Part shown: piece after piece, positions 10,298 through 20,461 of the stretch | How the letters are laid out: each line of letters opens with the position of its first letter | Numbering within the stretch: position 1 is the stretch's first letter | Assembly: GCA_032128875.1 (NCBI GenBank) | Contig: JAVLKG010000012.1 | Span: 1-64,000, forward strand | Length of the DNA: 64,000 bases | Source of the DNA: Candidatus Melainabacteria bacterium 17Bon1m | GTDB taxonomy: Bacteria > Cyanobacteriota > Vampirovibrionia > Obscuribacterales > Obscuribacteraceae | Reading direction: 5' to 3' | Translations under genes and position numbers: made by a program | The notes under the pieces: generated by a model | What the model was told of the DNA's origin: nothing | What the model saw: only the letters and a program-made list of their open reading frames with translations | Databases searched by the model: none

Positions 10298-10428
10298 ATC
10301 CGTTCGCAATTCTTGGTGCGTTAAGAACAGGGTTAGGATGATTGTGCATTCAGATAGGGAGGTGGCGGCGTTAGACTCAATGCTGGAGCGCACCACTAAC
10401 GGTGGCATACCTTGTTCTTGTAAGATTT

Positions 10429-11121
10429 CTAACCGGTCTTATTCACATCAGAAACATCAAGTTTGTATCCAACACCGTGAACGTTCACTAACAGTTTTGG
10501 ATGGCCGGCTGCCTCCAGTTTTTCCCTCAAGCGCTTTACGTAAACACGTACAGTGTCTGTTGAAATTTCAGAAGATGTTTTCCAAACGCGCCCAATTAGC
10601 GCTTCTGCACTGAATACTTGATCTGGATGTCGTCCAAGAAATTCGAGCACTGCAAATTCCGTTGCCGTCAATTTCAATTCTTTGCCGTCAATCAAAACCT
10701 TGTGAGCATCAGGATCTATATTGAGAGGTCCGACGCTTGCCACTCGTGTAGCCAACACTTTTCCACGTCGCATTAAGGCATTCAAACGCGCCGTCAATTC
10801 CCTCAGATCGAAAGGTTTTGTCAAATAATCATCGGCACCCGAATCCAATCCTTTTTCCTTATCGGAGATTTCGTCCTTGCCTGTCAAAATGAGGATTGGC
10901 GTTGTCCCTCCTCGGGACCTGTACCACTGGCAAAGCTCGATACCGGACACTTCCGGCATAGTCCAGTCGATGACCAGCACGTCGTACTGCACCTGCGTCA
11001 TGTACTCACGCGCTTCTGCGCCGTCGGAAGCTTGATCTACATTCCACTTGTGGTGTTCGAGCCAGGCGCTGACCGACTGAAGCAATTCAGGATCATCATC
11101 TGCCAACAGAACTTTGGGCAT
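10429..11121 (-). CDS. OmpR/PhoB-family response regulator
   Basis: REC domain (LLADDD, IDWTMP, GADDYLTKPF) plus winged helix (VYVKRLREKL, VHGVGY). Confidence 0.95.
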   Translation of the reverse strand: MPKVLLADDDPELLQSVSAWLEHHKWNVDQASDGAEAREYMTQVQYDVLVIDWTMPEVSGIELCQWYRSRGGTTPILILTGKDEISDKEKGLDSGADDYLTKPFDLRELTARLNALMRRGKVLATRVASVGPLNIDPDAHKVLIDGKELKLTATEFAVLEFLGRHPDQVFSAEALIGRVWKTSSEISTDTVRVYVKRLREKLEAAGHPKLLVNVHGVGYKLDVSDVNKTG

Positions 11122-11337
11122 CTTACTTTTGGTCTCCGAAACCTAGAAAAACGGCTGTGCCATTACGAAAGCTAGACTTAATGAAGACTAACTTAGCACA
11201 CCAGGGTTGTCATAGAGATCGGGTTCTAGTTCTTATTCTAGATATAGATGTCCGCGTTCCTCTTGAATTCTTGGCGTAATGAGGAGTCTTTCGGCGCTGT
11301 GCGCATGCCGCGCCCAAGTGCTCGACCGCTGCTCGGT

Positions 11338-11366
11338 TAAACAAGAAATTCACAAATCGTTCCGGA
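11338..11366 (+). promoter_or_regulatory. Conserved 29-bp upstream motif, copy 1
   Basis: TAAACAAG-AAA-TTCACAAA-TCG-TTCCGGA. Confidence 0.65.
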
Positions 11367-11505
11367 TTTTCTAAGGTCGTCGCGACTACGTTGTATCCAA
11401 CCCTGATGAGGGTCAAGTTTCTCAATGCTGGCAATCGAACTGAATTTGCCTGTGTTTTCTTAGTAGCCAGATCTTGTAATCGCTGTTTTTCACAGGAGAA
11501 TTCTT

Positions 11506-11886
11506 ATGCACAGAGAACTCGATGATAACTTATACGACAAACGCGGCAAGTATAAACACGATGATGATTGCGACAATAACGATGTCGACATCAATATCAC
11601 TATAAACACGGACGGAGATCGCAAACACTTTCCGCCTTTCGGTGGAGCTGCGCGCGGAATTGATTTGAATCTGTGTGATGTCGCAAATGGAATTGATGAT
11701 GTTATTCGCGGTCGTAGTGCTGTTGCCGGAGTCTCTGGGCTTGAAGAATTTAAGAAGTTCGAACGGAAAAAGGAAGAACCACCTTTTATTGACTGTGAGT
11801 GGGGACGTTTGCTTGAGCAGAACAAGCAGGAGATGATTTTGAAGTCCGCCAAGCTAGGCGCTGCCTTGAGGGGCAGCCAGGGATAA
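11506..11886 (+). CDS. Hypothetical protein
   Basis: AGGAG RBS, 126-aa ORF. Confidence 0.7.
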   Translation: MHRELDDNLYDKRGKYKHDDDCDNNDVDINITINTDGDRKHFPPFGGAARGIDLNLCDVANGIDDVIRGRSAVAGVSGLEEFKKFERKKEEPPFIDCEWGRLLEQNKQEMILKSAKLGAALRGSQG

Positions 11887-12026
11887 TTTGAGTTAGAGAA
11901 ACTATTTCCGAAGCCGACGTTAGAACCTATTTCATTGATGCAATCTGCTGATTCTTTCAGCATTGAGCAGAGGAAATAGGTTCTTTCCGTTTGCGTTGAC
12001 ACGCACCAACTAACCTCCCTTCGGTG

Positions 12027-12055
12027 TACACAAAATTGACACAGATTATTCCGGA
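12027..12055 (+). promoter_or_regulatory. Conserved 29-bp upstream motif, copy 2
   Basis: TACACAAA-ATT-GACACAGA-TTA-TTCCGGA. Confidence 0.65.
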
Positions 12056-12158
12056 TTAATACCCCTGACATTTTTTATGATTTTGACAGTCAGCCACTGC
12101 GCATGGCGAAGGGCATGACACCGCTTTTACGAAAGAGTTTCTACATAGAGGTATTTGC

Positions 12159-13364
12159 ATGACTTATCCAAGCGACTCTACTTATGCCGCACCACAAATT
12201 GGAGATACAGGTCAAAGTACTTCTACTGCGATGCATGATCAAATCTATTCGATGCCATCTAATGGTGGCGCGGGCGGTGACAGCACGATGATGGCTAGCC
12301 AGTCGTTCGCTCCGCCACAAACCACAAATGAATTGATTCCGCCCCTAACAATAGTTCCTGATTCTGGCGCCCCGTCCGATGCGAGTACCGGATACGTAGC
12401 GGGCCTTTCTGGTGAGCAAACGGGAGCAAATCCGTGGGATACATATGTAATGAATCCTGTGACGGAAACGCAAGGTGCAACAGGAATGGCGCCGGAGTCG
12501 GTTGGAACGCAGCCGGAAGCACTTTCGCCTGAGCAAGGTGCGGCCGCGCAAATTTCCCCAGAGCAAATTTCACCTGAGCAAGTTTCACCTGAGCAAGTTT
12601 CAGCGGAGCAAATGTCGCCCGAACAAGCTATTCCGCAACTTGAGCAAGCACTGCAAAATCAATTTGATGAAGTTGTGAAATTGGGCACGTCAGGAGATTT
12701 GAGTCAGCCCGAAGCACAAGCTCAATTGCAAACCGCTCTCAATACACTTCTTGAGACTGCAGTAAAGCTGGGCGCTGCTCGTGAGTTTGTTCAAGGAGGG
12801 CAGGCAGGACAGATGCCCGCGGAACCGATGCCAGCGGATCAGCAAATGCCAACGGAACAGCAAATGCCAACGGAACAGCAAATGCCAACGGAACAGCAGA
12901 TGCCAACGGAACAAATGCCACAAGAAGCATTGCCCACTGATTCTACTGCTTCACTGCCAGAAGGCGCGGCGGGACAAACCGATGTTGCACCACTTGAGCA
13001 AAATCCTTACGAACCACAGGTGCCACCAGTTTCGCCAGATCAGATGCAATTTGCAGGACAAGAGCAGCCAGCGCAGCCGATGGGAGAGCAGCCAGTGCAG
13101 CCGATGGGAGAGCAGGTAGTGCCGCAAGGATCGGATTTAGGACAGATGCAAAATCAGCTCCATAGTCAGGTTCAACAGTTGTTGACTCTCGCTGCTCAAG
13201 CACAACCAAGTGCTGGTAATCCTGCGGATTCTGGAACAGTCGATAACTTCAAAACTGCCCTTCTGAATGTTGTGAAGACAGCACATGAAATTGGAGCGCA
13301 AGGAATCACGCAGCAAGGGCTGACCGAACAAGTTCCGTCTGCACCCGGCACCAACATGGGTTAA
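12159..13364 (+). CDS. Gln/Pro-rich low-complexity protein with tandem repeats
   Basis: GAGG RBS; SPEQ[IV] and QQMPTE repeats; two similar helical segments. Confidence 0.85.
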   Translation: MTYPSDSTYAAPQIGDTGQSTSTAMHDQIYSMPSNGGAGGDSTMMASQSFAPPQTTNELIPPLTIVPDSGAPSDASTGYVAGLSGEQTGANPWDTYVMNPVTETQGATGMAPESVGTQPEALSPEQGAAAQISPEQISPEQVSPEQVSAEQMSPEQAIPQLEQALQNQFDEVVKLGTSGDLSQPEAQAQLQTALNTLLETAVKLGAAREFVQGGQAGQMPAEPMPADQQMPTEQQMPTEQQMPTEQQMPTEQMPQEALPTDSTASLPEGAAGQTDVAPLEQNPYEPQVPPVSPDQMQFAGQEQPAQPMGEQPVQPMGEQVVPQGSDLGQMQNQLHSQVQQLLTLAAQAQPSAGNPADSGTVDNFKTALLNVVKTAHEIGAQGITQQGLTEQVPSAPGTNMG

Positions 13365-13370
13365 CTAAAA

Positions 13371-13676
13371 ATGAGCACATCGATTTTCTCGGGCAATTCC
13401 CCGATTCAAGTTTCAGAACCGAACCCCGTTTCGCCAGCCAGCTCTAAATTCAAGTTCTCCGATCACGAATTAATCGAGGCATTAATTTCCCTAGCCGACA
13501 TGCTCGATGCTGCGAGTGATGAGCAGCCAGTAGTTGAAGAAAGCCAGGAAACAAGCCTTGCAACGAATGACTCTTCGTCGATTGAGAAATTTTCCTTCTT
13601 ATCAGGTTGGGACCGATTGATGACGAGATTTAGAGATAACTGCAGCAATCGGAAAACGTACAGCATTTGCTTTTGA
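13371..13676 (+). CDS. Hypothetical protein
   Basis: Starts 6 nt after the upstream stop. Confidence 0.55.
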   Translation: MSTSIFSGNSPIQVSEPNPVSPASSKFKFSDHELIEALISLADMLDAASDEQPVVEESQETSLATNDSSSIEKFSFLSGWDRLMTRFRDNCSNRKTYSICF

Positions 13677-13726
13677 TTGAGAATGATTTTGGAGATTTAC
13701 CCCAGGTTAAAAAAGGACAGTTATTA

Positions 13727-14008
13727 ATGACGAACAGTAGCTTTTCGAATGGTATCGGACACATGTTTGCACCGCAGAATGGTGGCGTTGAACTTGAACC
13801 TAAGAGCTATTCTTTTTCTCTCGAGAAAGAAGCAACTTTTCGTCTGGAAGGTTTGACGGTAAACATTGATGCAAATGGTGACATCTGGGGTGCTAGATAT
13901 GACACAGGTGAAGCGCTTCGCCATAACTCGAAGTACACAATGGCAAAGGGCCTGAATAGCACTCTTTGGTTGGGTGACAAGAAAGGTATGTGGCATCCAC
14001 TAGATTAG
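13727..14008 (+). CDS. Hypothetical protein
   Basis: AAGGA RBS before the ATG at 13727. Confidence 0.6.
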   Translation: MTNSSFSNGIGHMFAPQNGGVELEPKSYSFSLEKEATFRLEGLTVNIDANGDIWGARYDTGEALRHNSKYTMAKGLNSTLWLGDKKGMWHPLD

Positions 14009-14022
14009 AAGCGAGTAGAAAA

Positions 14023-14265
14023 ATGGATCTTAATTCGATTTGGATTGATGGCGCCTACATTGCATTTGTTGTGATTGGTGCCTGCATATTCACTGGTCTT
14101 CAGTGTGGTATCACGGCTAGTTACGTTCATCGACTTGGACGCAAAGTTGGACCAGATTACTGGGGAAGCGTTTATGGTCGACCCGATGAGAATTCTTGCG
14201 AGGCAACTATTTCGCTTCATCCTCCTGCGCGAGAGATGCAGAGCGCTTATGGACGCAAAGGTTAG
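14023..14265 (+). CDS. Small membrane protein
   Basis: One hydrophobic segment; operon-like spacing. Confidence 0.55.
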   Translation: MDLNSIWIDGAYIAFVVIGACIFTGLQCGITASYVHRLGRKVGPDYWGSVYGRPDENSCEATISLHPPAREMQSAYGRKG

Positions 14266-14272
14266 GTGAAAC

Positions 14273-14488
14273 ATGATTGAAGTGTTCTTTATTTTGTTGG
14301 TTATGATTTTTGCCTTTGGACAGGGGCATATGGCGTTCGTGAATGGAATTCTTTGGTTTCTCGATGAACAAGATGGTGTTGAGATGAAGTGGAATTTCGA
14401 GACGTGCTTGGCTGCGATGGTTGTTCCGCTTGGTTTGATAATTGCTTCAGTTGAGCTGTATTTCTTGTTTCGACCTATCTATATGTAG
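14273..14488 (+). CDS. Small 2-TM membrane protein
   Basis: AGGTG RBS; two hydrophobic segments. Confidence 0.6.
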   Translation: MIEVFFILLVMIFAFGQGHMAFVNGILWFLDEQDGVEMKWNFETCLAAMVVPLGLIIASVELYFLFRPIYM

Positions 14489-15142
14489 TTTGAAAAGTTT
14501 GGAGAGTCACTGAACGAAGGTTCAGTGGAAAAGAGGCTGAAAGACAGAGTTGGGAAACCGATTCTGTTTTTTGGTTTTCAGTGATGTGAAAAGTTTGTTG
14601 ACAGGAGCTGTTCTGTTAACGCTGTGGCTCCTTTCGTGCGCCTTTCGCGCGGGCGGCATTAATTCCGCGTCTACAGTAGGTTTGCGCTAATGGCGCCAGC
14701 GAAGTTTGTTGTATTTGTTGGTGAAAACTCAGTATTCATGCAAGTTGACAGAAAGTTATGAGCCCAGAAAGGATCCCTTTGGATTTGGGAAACCGCGATA
14801 CTCTGGCGTATTGAACGTTTTCGTGTCTCTTGTAGACAGCGCAAGTTTTGGGGTTGCATTCGTGTGCTCGCTAGGACCACTATGGGCTGACTGTCTCTTC
14901 CTCATTTTTATTCGACTCGCAGCACTGCAAAACCAATCACATTTACTAAATTCGAACCACTTAAGCCACGCAAATGACGAGCAATGAAACTCGCTTTAGA
15001 ATTTGGTCCTTTGTAAGTCAGGTGCAAGCATTTGCACATCTTCGCGAGGCTTTGGCTGCGGGTTTTGAAGAGACAGTACAACAGAATAGTCATGTCAGCT
15101 ATCAGGTTGTTGTATCAACCTGTTCACAAGGAAGAGAAAACA

Positions 15143-15244
15143 ATGGCCACTGTTTTGATGATTGCAGTTTTGCTTCTCGGCGGAGTGAAGCTCTCCATTT
15201 TGCTTGGAGGACTCATCGTCGAGCTTAGCCGTATGCGTGGATAG
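15143..15244 (+). CDS. 33-aa hydrophobic peptide
   Basis: AAGGAAGAG RBS; MATVLMIAVLLLGGVKLSILLGGLIVELSRMRG. Confidence 0.45.
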   Translation: MATVLMIAVLLLGGVKLSILLGGLIVELSRMRG

Positions 15245-15300
15245 TTTCGCGCACGCGCACATCGTCAGCGATGCTGAATAGCATTTGCTGAAAGTTTTTC

Positions 15301-16059
15301 GTGACAAGAACAAGCAACCACCCAGCAAAACACCAGGAGATAGGATTCAAATTGACTGCTTCGACCAATTACAGGAATCAGTTGTGCGCGCTGCTCGTGT
15401 CTTGTTTCTCCAACATTCTCGAATCTTCTCGATTCGATGACAGGCAATGGAGGAAACTGCAGGAGGGTATTTCGCGGCATGGGTTGTTAACCACGACCGT
15501 GAGTATTCCTCGACGCTCGCGCCTCCCTCAGATTGATGAAGCTCGTCTGGAAACAGACCGTAAGTATCGGCGGCAAATTGCGCGACATCTCTTGAAGCCT
15601 CAGGGACCTGATTTCCAGCAGGTCGTTGTGCCTCTCGAGCGAGTGAGTCTTTCTGACCCTACGTACTTGAAAGAGATGTCTGAACTTCTCGCCGAGCGTT
15701 GGACGGATCGATTGTTGAGCGACCGACCGGATGTTGTCGCTCGACTCGTCCTTCTGCATTCAACGCCGGAAACTCTTGCAGAAAGTCTGGAGCGTTTGTT
15801 CCGCTATCAGGCGACCTCCCGCGATGCCTCTGCGCGAATGATGGCTCGGTTCGCACAAGAGGAGATCGATCGTAGCGAAGAAGTGCAGGCTGTGTTTGCC
15901 GAACTCGATGTCGCGCTCGACGAGGTTGAGCAGCGGGCTTCGAGCGAGTTCGACGAAATCGGGAAACGCATGGTTTCCGACGTCAGCGATGCGCTCGCAT
16001 GCATCCAGGCAAGCGCGGATGCGAAGTTCGATGCTCTCCAGCAGAGGTTTCGTGGTTAA
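15301..16059 (+). CDS. Hypothetical protein with coiled-coil C-terminus
   Basis: 252-aa ORF; start uncertain. Confidence 0.65.
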   Translation: MTRTSNHPAKHQEIGFKLTASTNYRNQLCALLVSCFSNILESSRFDDRQWRKLQEGISRHGLLTTTVSIPRRSRLPQIDEARLETDRKYRRQIARHLLKPQGPDFQQVVVPLERVSLSDPTYLKEMSELLAERWTDRLLSDRPDVVARLVLLHSTPETLAESLERLFRYQATSRDASARMMARFAQEEIDRSEEVQAVFAELDVALDEVEQRASSEFDEIGKRMVSDVSDALACIQASADAKFDALQQRFRG

Positions 16060-16146
16060 TTGATGCACGGCGCAGGGAGAGAGATGCAATCTGTGTTTCT
16101 CTCCCTGCGTTTCAATTTCCTGCTCTGTTGAAACTGGTCCAGTGAT

Positions 16147-16230
16147 GTAAGGTCGACGCATGGCGTCGACCTGTTCGTGTAAGGGCGCATTACAAGCGCC
16201 TTTCGCGTGGGCGGCATTAATGCCGCCCCT
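16147..16230. repeat. REP-like palindrome cluster
   Basis: GTA-AGGTCGACGC-atg-GCGTCGACCT and GGGCGGCATTAATGCCGCCC; partial copy near 14638-14668. Confidence 0.65.
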
Positions 16231-16435
16231 CCTTCGCCTCTTTGTACTACACCTTGTCGGAGGGCGAGAGAAAACGAAAATTGAGAGAGGTGAACGCAAA
16301 GTATTAGCATGCACCTCTCTCAATCAACCTCCTTTCGCGGGCAAAACATAAGTATGTAAATGAAAGCAGCTAGATACTTATGTTCAACCGTGTGTCAGCA
16401 GCGCGCCGGCTTGAGTCCTGACTGGCATGCCGTTT

Positions 16436-16633
16436 TTACTTGTTGGTGACGTTTGAAGCCTTTTGAATAGGTGTGCACATATCCTTGAGAGTTCGCTTCG
16501 CTTTGATCGCGCATGAGCCACAATCTGTGCCAGTTTTTAACACTCTGGTCATTTTGCGCCAGTTGCAACCATGTGCTTTTGCGAAGTGCTTGATCTGCTC
16601 CTCCGTCACTGCATGGCAAATGCAGACATACAT
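16436..16633 (-). CDS. bfd: Bacterioferritin-associated ferredoxin-like [2Fe-2S] protein
   Basis: MYVCICHAVTEEQI...TGTDCGSC. Confidence 0.85.
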   Translation of the reverse strand: MYVCICHAVTEEQIKHFAKAHGCNWRKMTRVLKTGTDCGSCAIKAKRTLKDMCTPIQKASNVTNK

Positions 16634-16709
16634 TGGCTGCCCTTCTTTGCTGTCGATGTTGCCAAACACTTCAACCACTATTTGAAGAAGCGTTTGGCAT
16701 CAGCGACCT

Positions 16710-16988
16710 TTAGCGGAGCGAGAGAACGATCTCGTTGAAGAGCTCGTCGACTCTGCTCGTTTCCATTGTTTTGATCTCATCCACGGTCAGAGGCTTCGAC
16801 TCCTCCAAATTTCGCAACCGCAGTTTGACGTCCTCGAGCTTGCTCGTTTCCGCTTTGATCTGCGCTTTGAGCTCGTTTTCCCGTGGGATGTCGTGCCCGG
16901 ACAGCACCGCGAACAACTCAAATTCGAGATCTTCAAGCTGCTCGACGATTGCCGCTTGTTCTGCAAGCAGCTCTGCTCGCTCGCTCAT
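16710..16988 (-). CDS. Hypothetical coiled-coil protein
   Basis: GAAAGG RBS; MSERAELLAEQ... Confidence 0.65.
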   Translation of the reverse strand: MSERAELLAEQAAIVEQLEDLEFELFAVLSGHDIPRENELKAQIKAETSKLEDVKLRLRNLEESKPLTVDEIKTMETSRVDELFNEIVLSLR

Positions 16989-17013
16989 CAGACCATTCCT
17001 TTCGTAAGTAATG

Positions 17014-17406
17014 CTACTTGTTGGAGACCCGCGAGATGACCACGCCGGTGAGCGCAACCAAGACGCCGAGGACGACGTTGCCCATCAGTAGCAGGGCGAA
17101 GCCGAGCACGAAGAGGCTGATCGCGTTGGCGTGCTTCATCTGCTTGTGGATGATGACCGCGCTGATTGCAGCTGCAGCCACAAGAGGCCAGGCTCCGAGC
17201 AGCAGCGCTGAGACGATTGCCACTGCGATGATCGCCGGGATGCGATGCCGGTGGTCCGAGCTGAACAGCGCTCCGATTGCGAAGACCGCGACTGCCGCCA
17301 ATGGCGACTGGATGAGTAGCGCGATGCCCAGCACGAGGAAGCCCAAGGTGAGCGGAGTGCTCGTGAAGGTGGTGTTGCCGAGTTTGAACGTCTTCGAGAA
17401 GCTCAT
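17014..17406 (-). CDS. Hypothetical multi-pass membrane protein
   Basis: Highly hydrophobic 130 aa; GGAAGG RBS. Confidence 0.75.
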   Translation of the reverse strand: MSFSKTFKLGNTTFTSTPLTLGFLVLGIALLIQSPLAAVAVFAIGALFSSDHRHRIPAIIAVAIVSALLLGAWPLVAAAAISAVIIHKQMKHANAISLFVLGFALLLMGNVVLGVLVALTGVVISRVSNK

Positions 17407-17512
17407 GGTGAAACCTTCCTAGATTGAATCTTGTTTGTTAGACCAGATTTTTTTGATCTTTTCCTTCTGGTCCTTCTAGTCCTTATTGAACAGATGCGCT
17501 TTACGTTCGGTC

Positions 17513-17596
17513 TCAACCGATGATGAAGCCGAGCATTAGCAGCGAAAGCAGGACGAAGACGGCGATGAAAACTGCCAATCTCCACGGTTTGACCAT
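17513..17596 (-). CDS. 27-aa single-TM peptide (not in the ORF track)
   Basis: GAAAGGA RBS; MVKPWRLAVFIAVFVLLSLLMLGFIIG. Confidence 0.6.
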   Translation of the reverse strand: MVKPWRLAVFIAVFVLLSLLMLGFIIG

Positions 17597-17607
17597 CGTG
17601 TTCCTTT

Positions 17608-18123
17608 CTACATCTTGGGTAACGCGCGCGTATCACAGGGATATTCGCGGTCTAGCAGTTTCCAGTTGTTTATGGTCACGTTGTGCTCTCCGCCGAACCT
17701 GTTGGACAGGTCGGATTTGAGCAACCCGATGATGCACTCTCTGGTGGCGTCGATCTCAATGTGCTGGTCGACCGTGACGACTACGTTTCCGCAGTGCCAC
17801 ATAGACGTTCCAACGGGATTCGAGTTATACGCCACGAAATATGTGATCTTCACGGTGCTGATGTTCTGGTTCAACTGTGACCTCTGCAAATGGTGTGCGC
17901 GCGCTTCTGCCGAGAAGTGAGCGTTGAGCAGAATCCAGTTGTTGATTACGACCGTGTGCGAGCCTCCGTACTTAGCGTTCAGCTTTGCTGCGATGTACTG
18001 CGTGACCTCGTTGCGCATGTCTGTCTGCTCGATCGGCAGTTCGCAGTTGACCTCGATGTTGTCGAAGTTCCACGCACCATCGCCGAGGCGATAGGTGAAT
18101 GCAACAAAGTAAGTGTGAAGCAT
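17608..18123 (-). CDS. Hypothetical protein made of two homologous ~63-aa domains
   Basis: TYFVA...GGxHxVxINNWxLL occurs twice. Confidence 0.8.
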   Translation of the reverse strand: MLHTYFVAFTYRLGDGAWNFDNIEVNCELPIEQTDMRNEVTQYIAAKLNAKYGGSHTVVINNWILLNAHFSAEARAHHLQRSQLNQNISTVKITYFVAYNSNPVGTSMWHCGNVVVTVDQHIEIDATRECIIGLLKSDLSNRFGGEHNVTINNWKLLDREYPCDTRALPKM

Positions 18124-18215
18124 TCCGTCATCAACTCATTTCTCATTCAGCGTTCGCTCAGCGATCGTTCTTGCTCAGCGATCCGTTTTCACTTTGCGGA
18201 AGCAGAGATGCTCTG

Positions 18216-18725
18216 CTAGAACAGCTCGACGACTGGTGTTTCCTTCGGCATGATCACGTTTGTGAGCCTGACGAATTCGTTGGCATCGAGCTTCCACTGC
18301 AGCTGCTCGTTGTGACGAGTCAGCTCAGCAATGGTGTAGGTCGCTTCGACGAACTCCAATTTGATACCAGCGCTTTCTGCGGCTGCGAAAAGTTCGTCAT
18401 CAAACGACTTGTGTACGTGAAGCGGCACACTGAGCGCGTGCGAGACGACGAGCGCGTGGAGAAGAACCTTGTCGTAGTCTTTCGTCCAGTACTCCCAGCC
18501 GGTGGTCCCCTCCCAGGTAAACTGGTTGAAGATCATGTTGATGAGCTGGTTGCGCCCGTTGCCGAGCTTCTTGTTGGCGAGCACCACGGCACGGTCGACG
18601 CGGCTGCGCTCAGAGTCGTAGTCGAGAGGCTTCATCCATGATTGAAAGCCCTTGTCGTGTGCAAGATCCCTGGCGAGGAGACTGATCTGCTTGTCACCTC
18701 CGGGAAACTCCAGTGAGAGAAACAC
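18216..18725 (-). CDS. Hypothetical protein
   Basis: AGGAG RBS; 169 aa. Confidence 0.7.
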   Translation of the reverse strand: MFLSLEFPGGDKQISLLARDLAHDKGFQSWMKPLDYDSERSRVDRAVVLANKKLGNGRNQLINMIFNQFTWEGTTGWEYWTKDYDKVLLHALVVSHALSVPLHVHKSFDDELFAAAESAGIKLEFVEATYTIAELTRHNEQLQWKLDANEFVRLTNVIMPKETPVVELF

Positions 18726-18751
18726 AATTACTCCTAGTTTGTCGATTTGAC

Positions 18752-19225
18752 TCAGTTTGCCTGAGCCGGATTGTCGCTTTCCTCTGTGTCGGCGGTGGGC
18801 AGGAAACGTCTGAGCATGACGCTCACCCTTTCCACAATCTGCATCTGGGCAATCGCCTGTCGCATCGCGGCCGGGTCGGACAGCACCTTCGTTGCGACCG
18901 GTGTTTGCAGCGTCTGGACGCCTTGCATGAACACTGCGATCGGCAGAGCCGGATGCGCACCATGCTCGATGGCGTCGAAGTAGAGCTGCGCGTTCAGCCC
19001 GCCTCGCACGAGCGAGACGAAGATATTCACGTCGAGCCCGCTGGAGATGACAGAGCTGACCAACTGCTTGTGCTGAGCGGGCGTTAGCGGAAGCAGAACG
19101 TCGATGAGTGAGACGTAATCGATCTGCATGCGGCGCTGGAACCCGTGTGTGATGAGTTCGACTGCAGCGATCAACTCCGTCGCAGCACTCGCGGCGCGGT
19201 CATGGGCGATAGATTGGTGAGACAT
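18752..19225 (-). CDS. Hypothetical protein
   Basis: GAAAGG RBS before MSHQSIA. Confidence 0.7.
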   Translation of the reverse strand: MSHQSIAHDRAASAATELIAAVELITHGFQRRMQIDYVSLIDVLLPLTPAQHKQLVSSVISSGLDVNIFVSLVRGGLNAQLYFDAIEHGAHPALPIAVFMQGVQTLQTPVATKVLSDPAAMRQAIAQMQIVERVSVMLRRFLPTADTEESDNPAQAN

Positions 19226-19298
19226 TTCTTGGCCTTTCGATCTGTCGATTAGATGTTGGTTGTCTGTCAGGTTGCATGCAGATTTGTTCGACCGCCGG

Positions 19299-19532
19299 CT
19301 ATAAGCCTTCGCTGACGAGCTTGTCGAGCACGTTGTCTCGCTCTTCAAGCGCGATCTGCAAGGAAAGAGTTCGCAGATCTTTAATGACGGCGAGTTGCTG
19401 GTTGCACACCGCCGGGTCATTGGCGAAGTGTCGCTCGATTTCAGCAACCCAGCGCGTATTCTCCCTCTCAATCGATGCGACGCGAGTTTTGTACAGCTCT
19501 TGTGCAGCAACGACCTCTTTCGTGTTAATCAT
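19299..19532 (-). CDS. Hypothetical helical protein
   Basis: AGGA RBS before MINTKEV. Confidence 0.55.
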   Translation of the reverse strand: MINTKEVVAAQELYKTRVASIERENTRWVAEIERHFANDPAVCNQQLAVIKDLRTLSLQIALEERDNVLDKLVSEGL

Positions 19533-19558
19533 CTCATTCCTGTCTGTAGGGACTTGCG

Positions 19559-19759
19559 TCACATACCGCGGGCGATGTCGGAGCACTCTTCGAGAAGTGC
19601 GTTGAACTCCTCGGCAGGCAGCGACGAAAGGAATGCGGCTTCTGCCGGGGAAACGTTGGACAGCGCCGCGATGTTCTGCGTGCGATCGACCATCGTGGGT
19701 CCGCCGTTCTTGTTTTTGCTGCTGCTGCTGCGACCGGTGTTGGTGAGATTCTTGGACAT
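19559..19759 (-). CDS. Hypothetical protein
   Basis: GAAAGG RBS before MSKNLT. Confidence 0.55.
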   Translation of the reverse strand: MSKNLTNTGRSSSSKNKNGGPTMVDRTQNIAALSNVSPAEAAFLSSLPAEEFNALLEECSDIARGM

Positions 19760-20461
19760 GACATACCCTTTCCATTTGGATGGCGATATTACATTTGCTA
19801 CATCACGATGGGGAGCTTGTCGCGGCAGGAGCATCCACCGCCTAGCGTTTGTATAACGCGGCTCCCCAGGCTGAAGTCCGACAGTCGGTACTCAGTTTTT
19901 CTGTCAACTACATCCCGCAAAATATTGCAGTATGCGTGTTCAGAAACCGACTGTCCTACGATGCGCACTCCTCTGACCCCCTGGATTGGTGGGGAAGAAC
20001 GCACTTTCGCTTAGGACCATGTCCACAAGTGTCTGCTCATGGATGCGATTGCCAATCGCATTGGTGTTGCAGCTGACTGCCGGAGCCAGCCATAATTTGT
20101 TCGCACGATCGAGAACGACATTTCTCGCTCGCACGCCACAGCAAACGTAGCAGCGTTTCTGTAGCTCTTTAGTGCAATCAAATTGGTGCGGACATGGCAA
20201 CTATCACAATGCATTTGCATCCCGAGATAGAAAGAAGATTTCTTCCTTCCTGACCAGACTTTCGTTTGATTCAAACAAAAGCACTGAGTTGCCCGCTTTT
20301 TGATAAGGGACCGCACCGTCCCTTCCTTCGATTCGTTTGTCCTGCCTGCAAGCCGGTGAATCGAAGATTTCCACCAGTGTCACGTCATGACTTCCGGATC
20401 AGAGCGAAAGTTATGCACGCGTTGTTTCAAGCATCCTAGGGGTGATCAGTATGCTTGATGT

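Noticed and set aside
19798-20316. Overlapping short Cys-rich ORFs
   Set aside because: No frame has a convincing RBS or motif; possibly a degraded gene.
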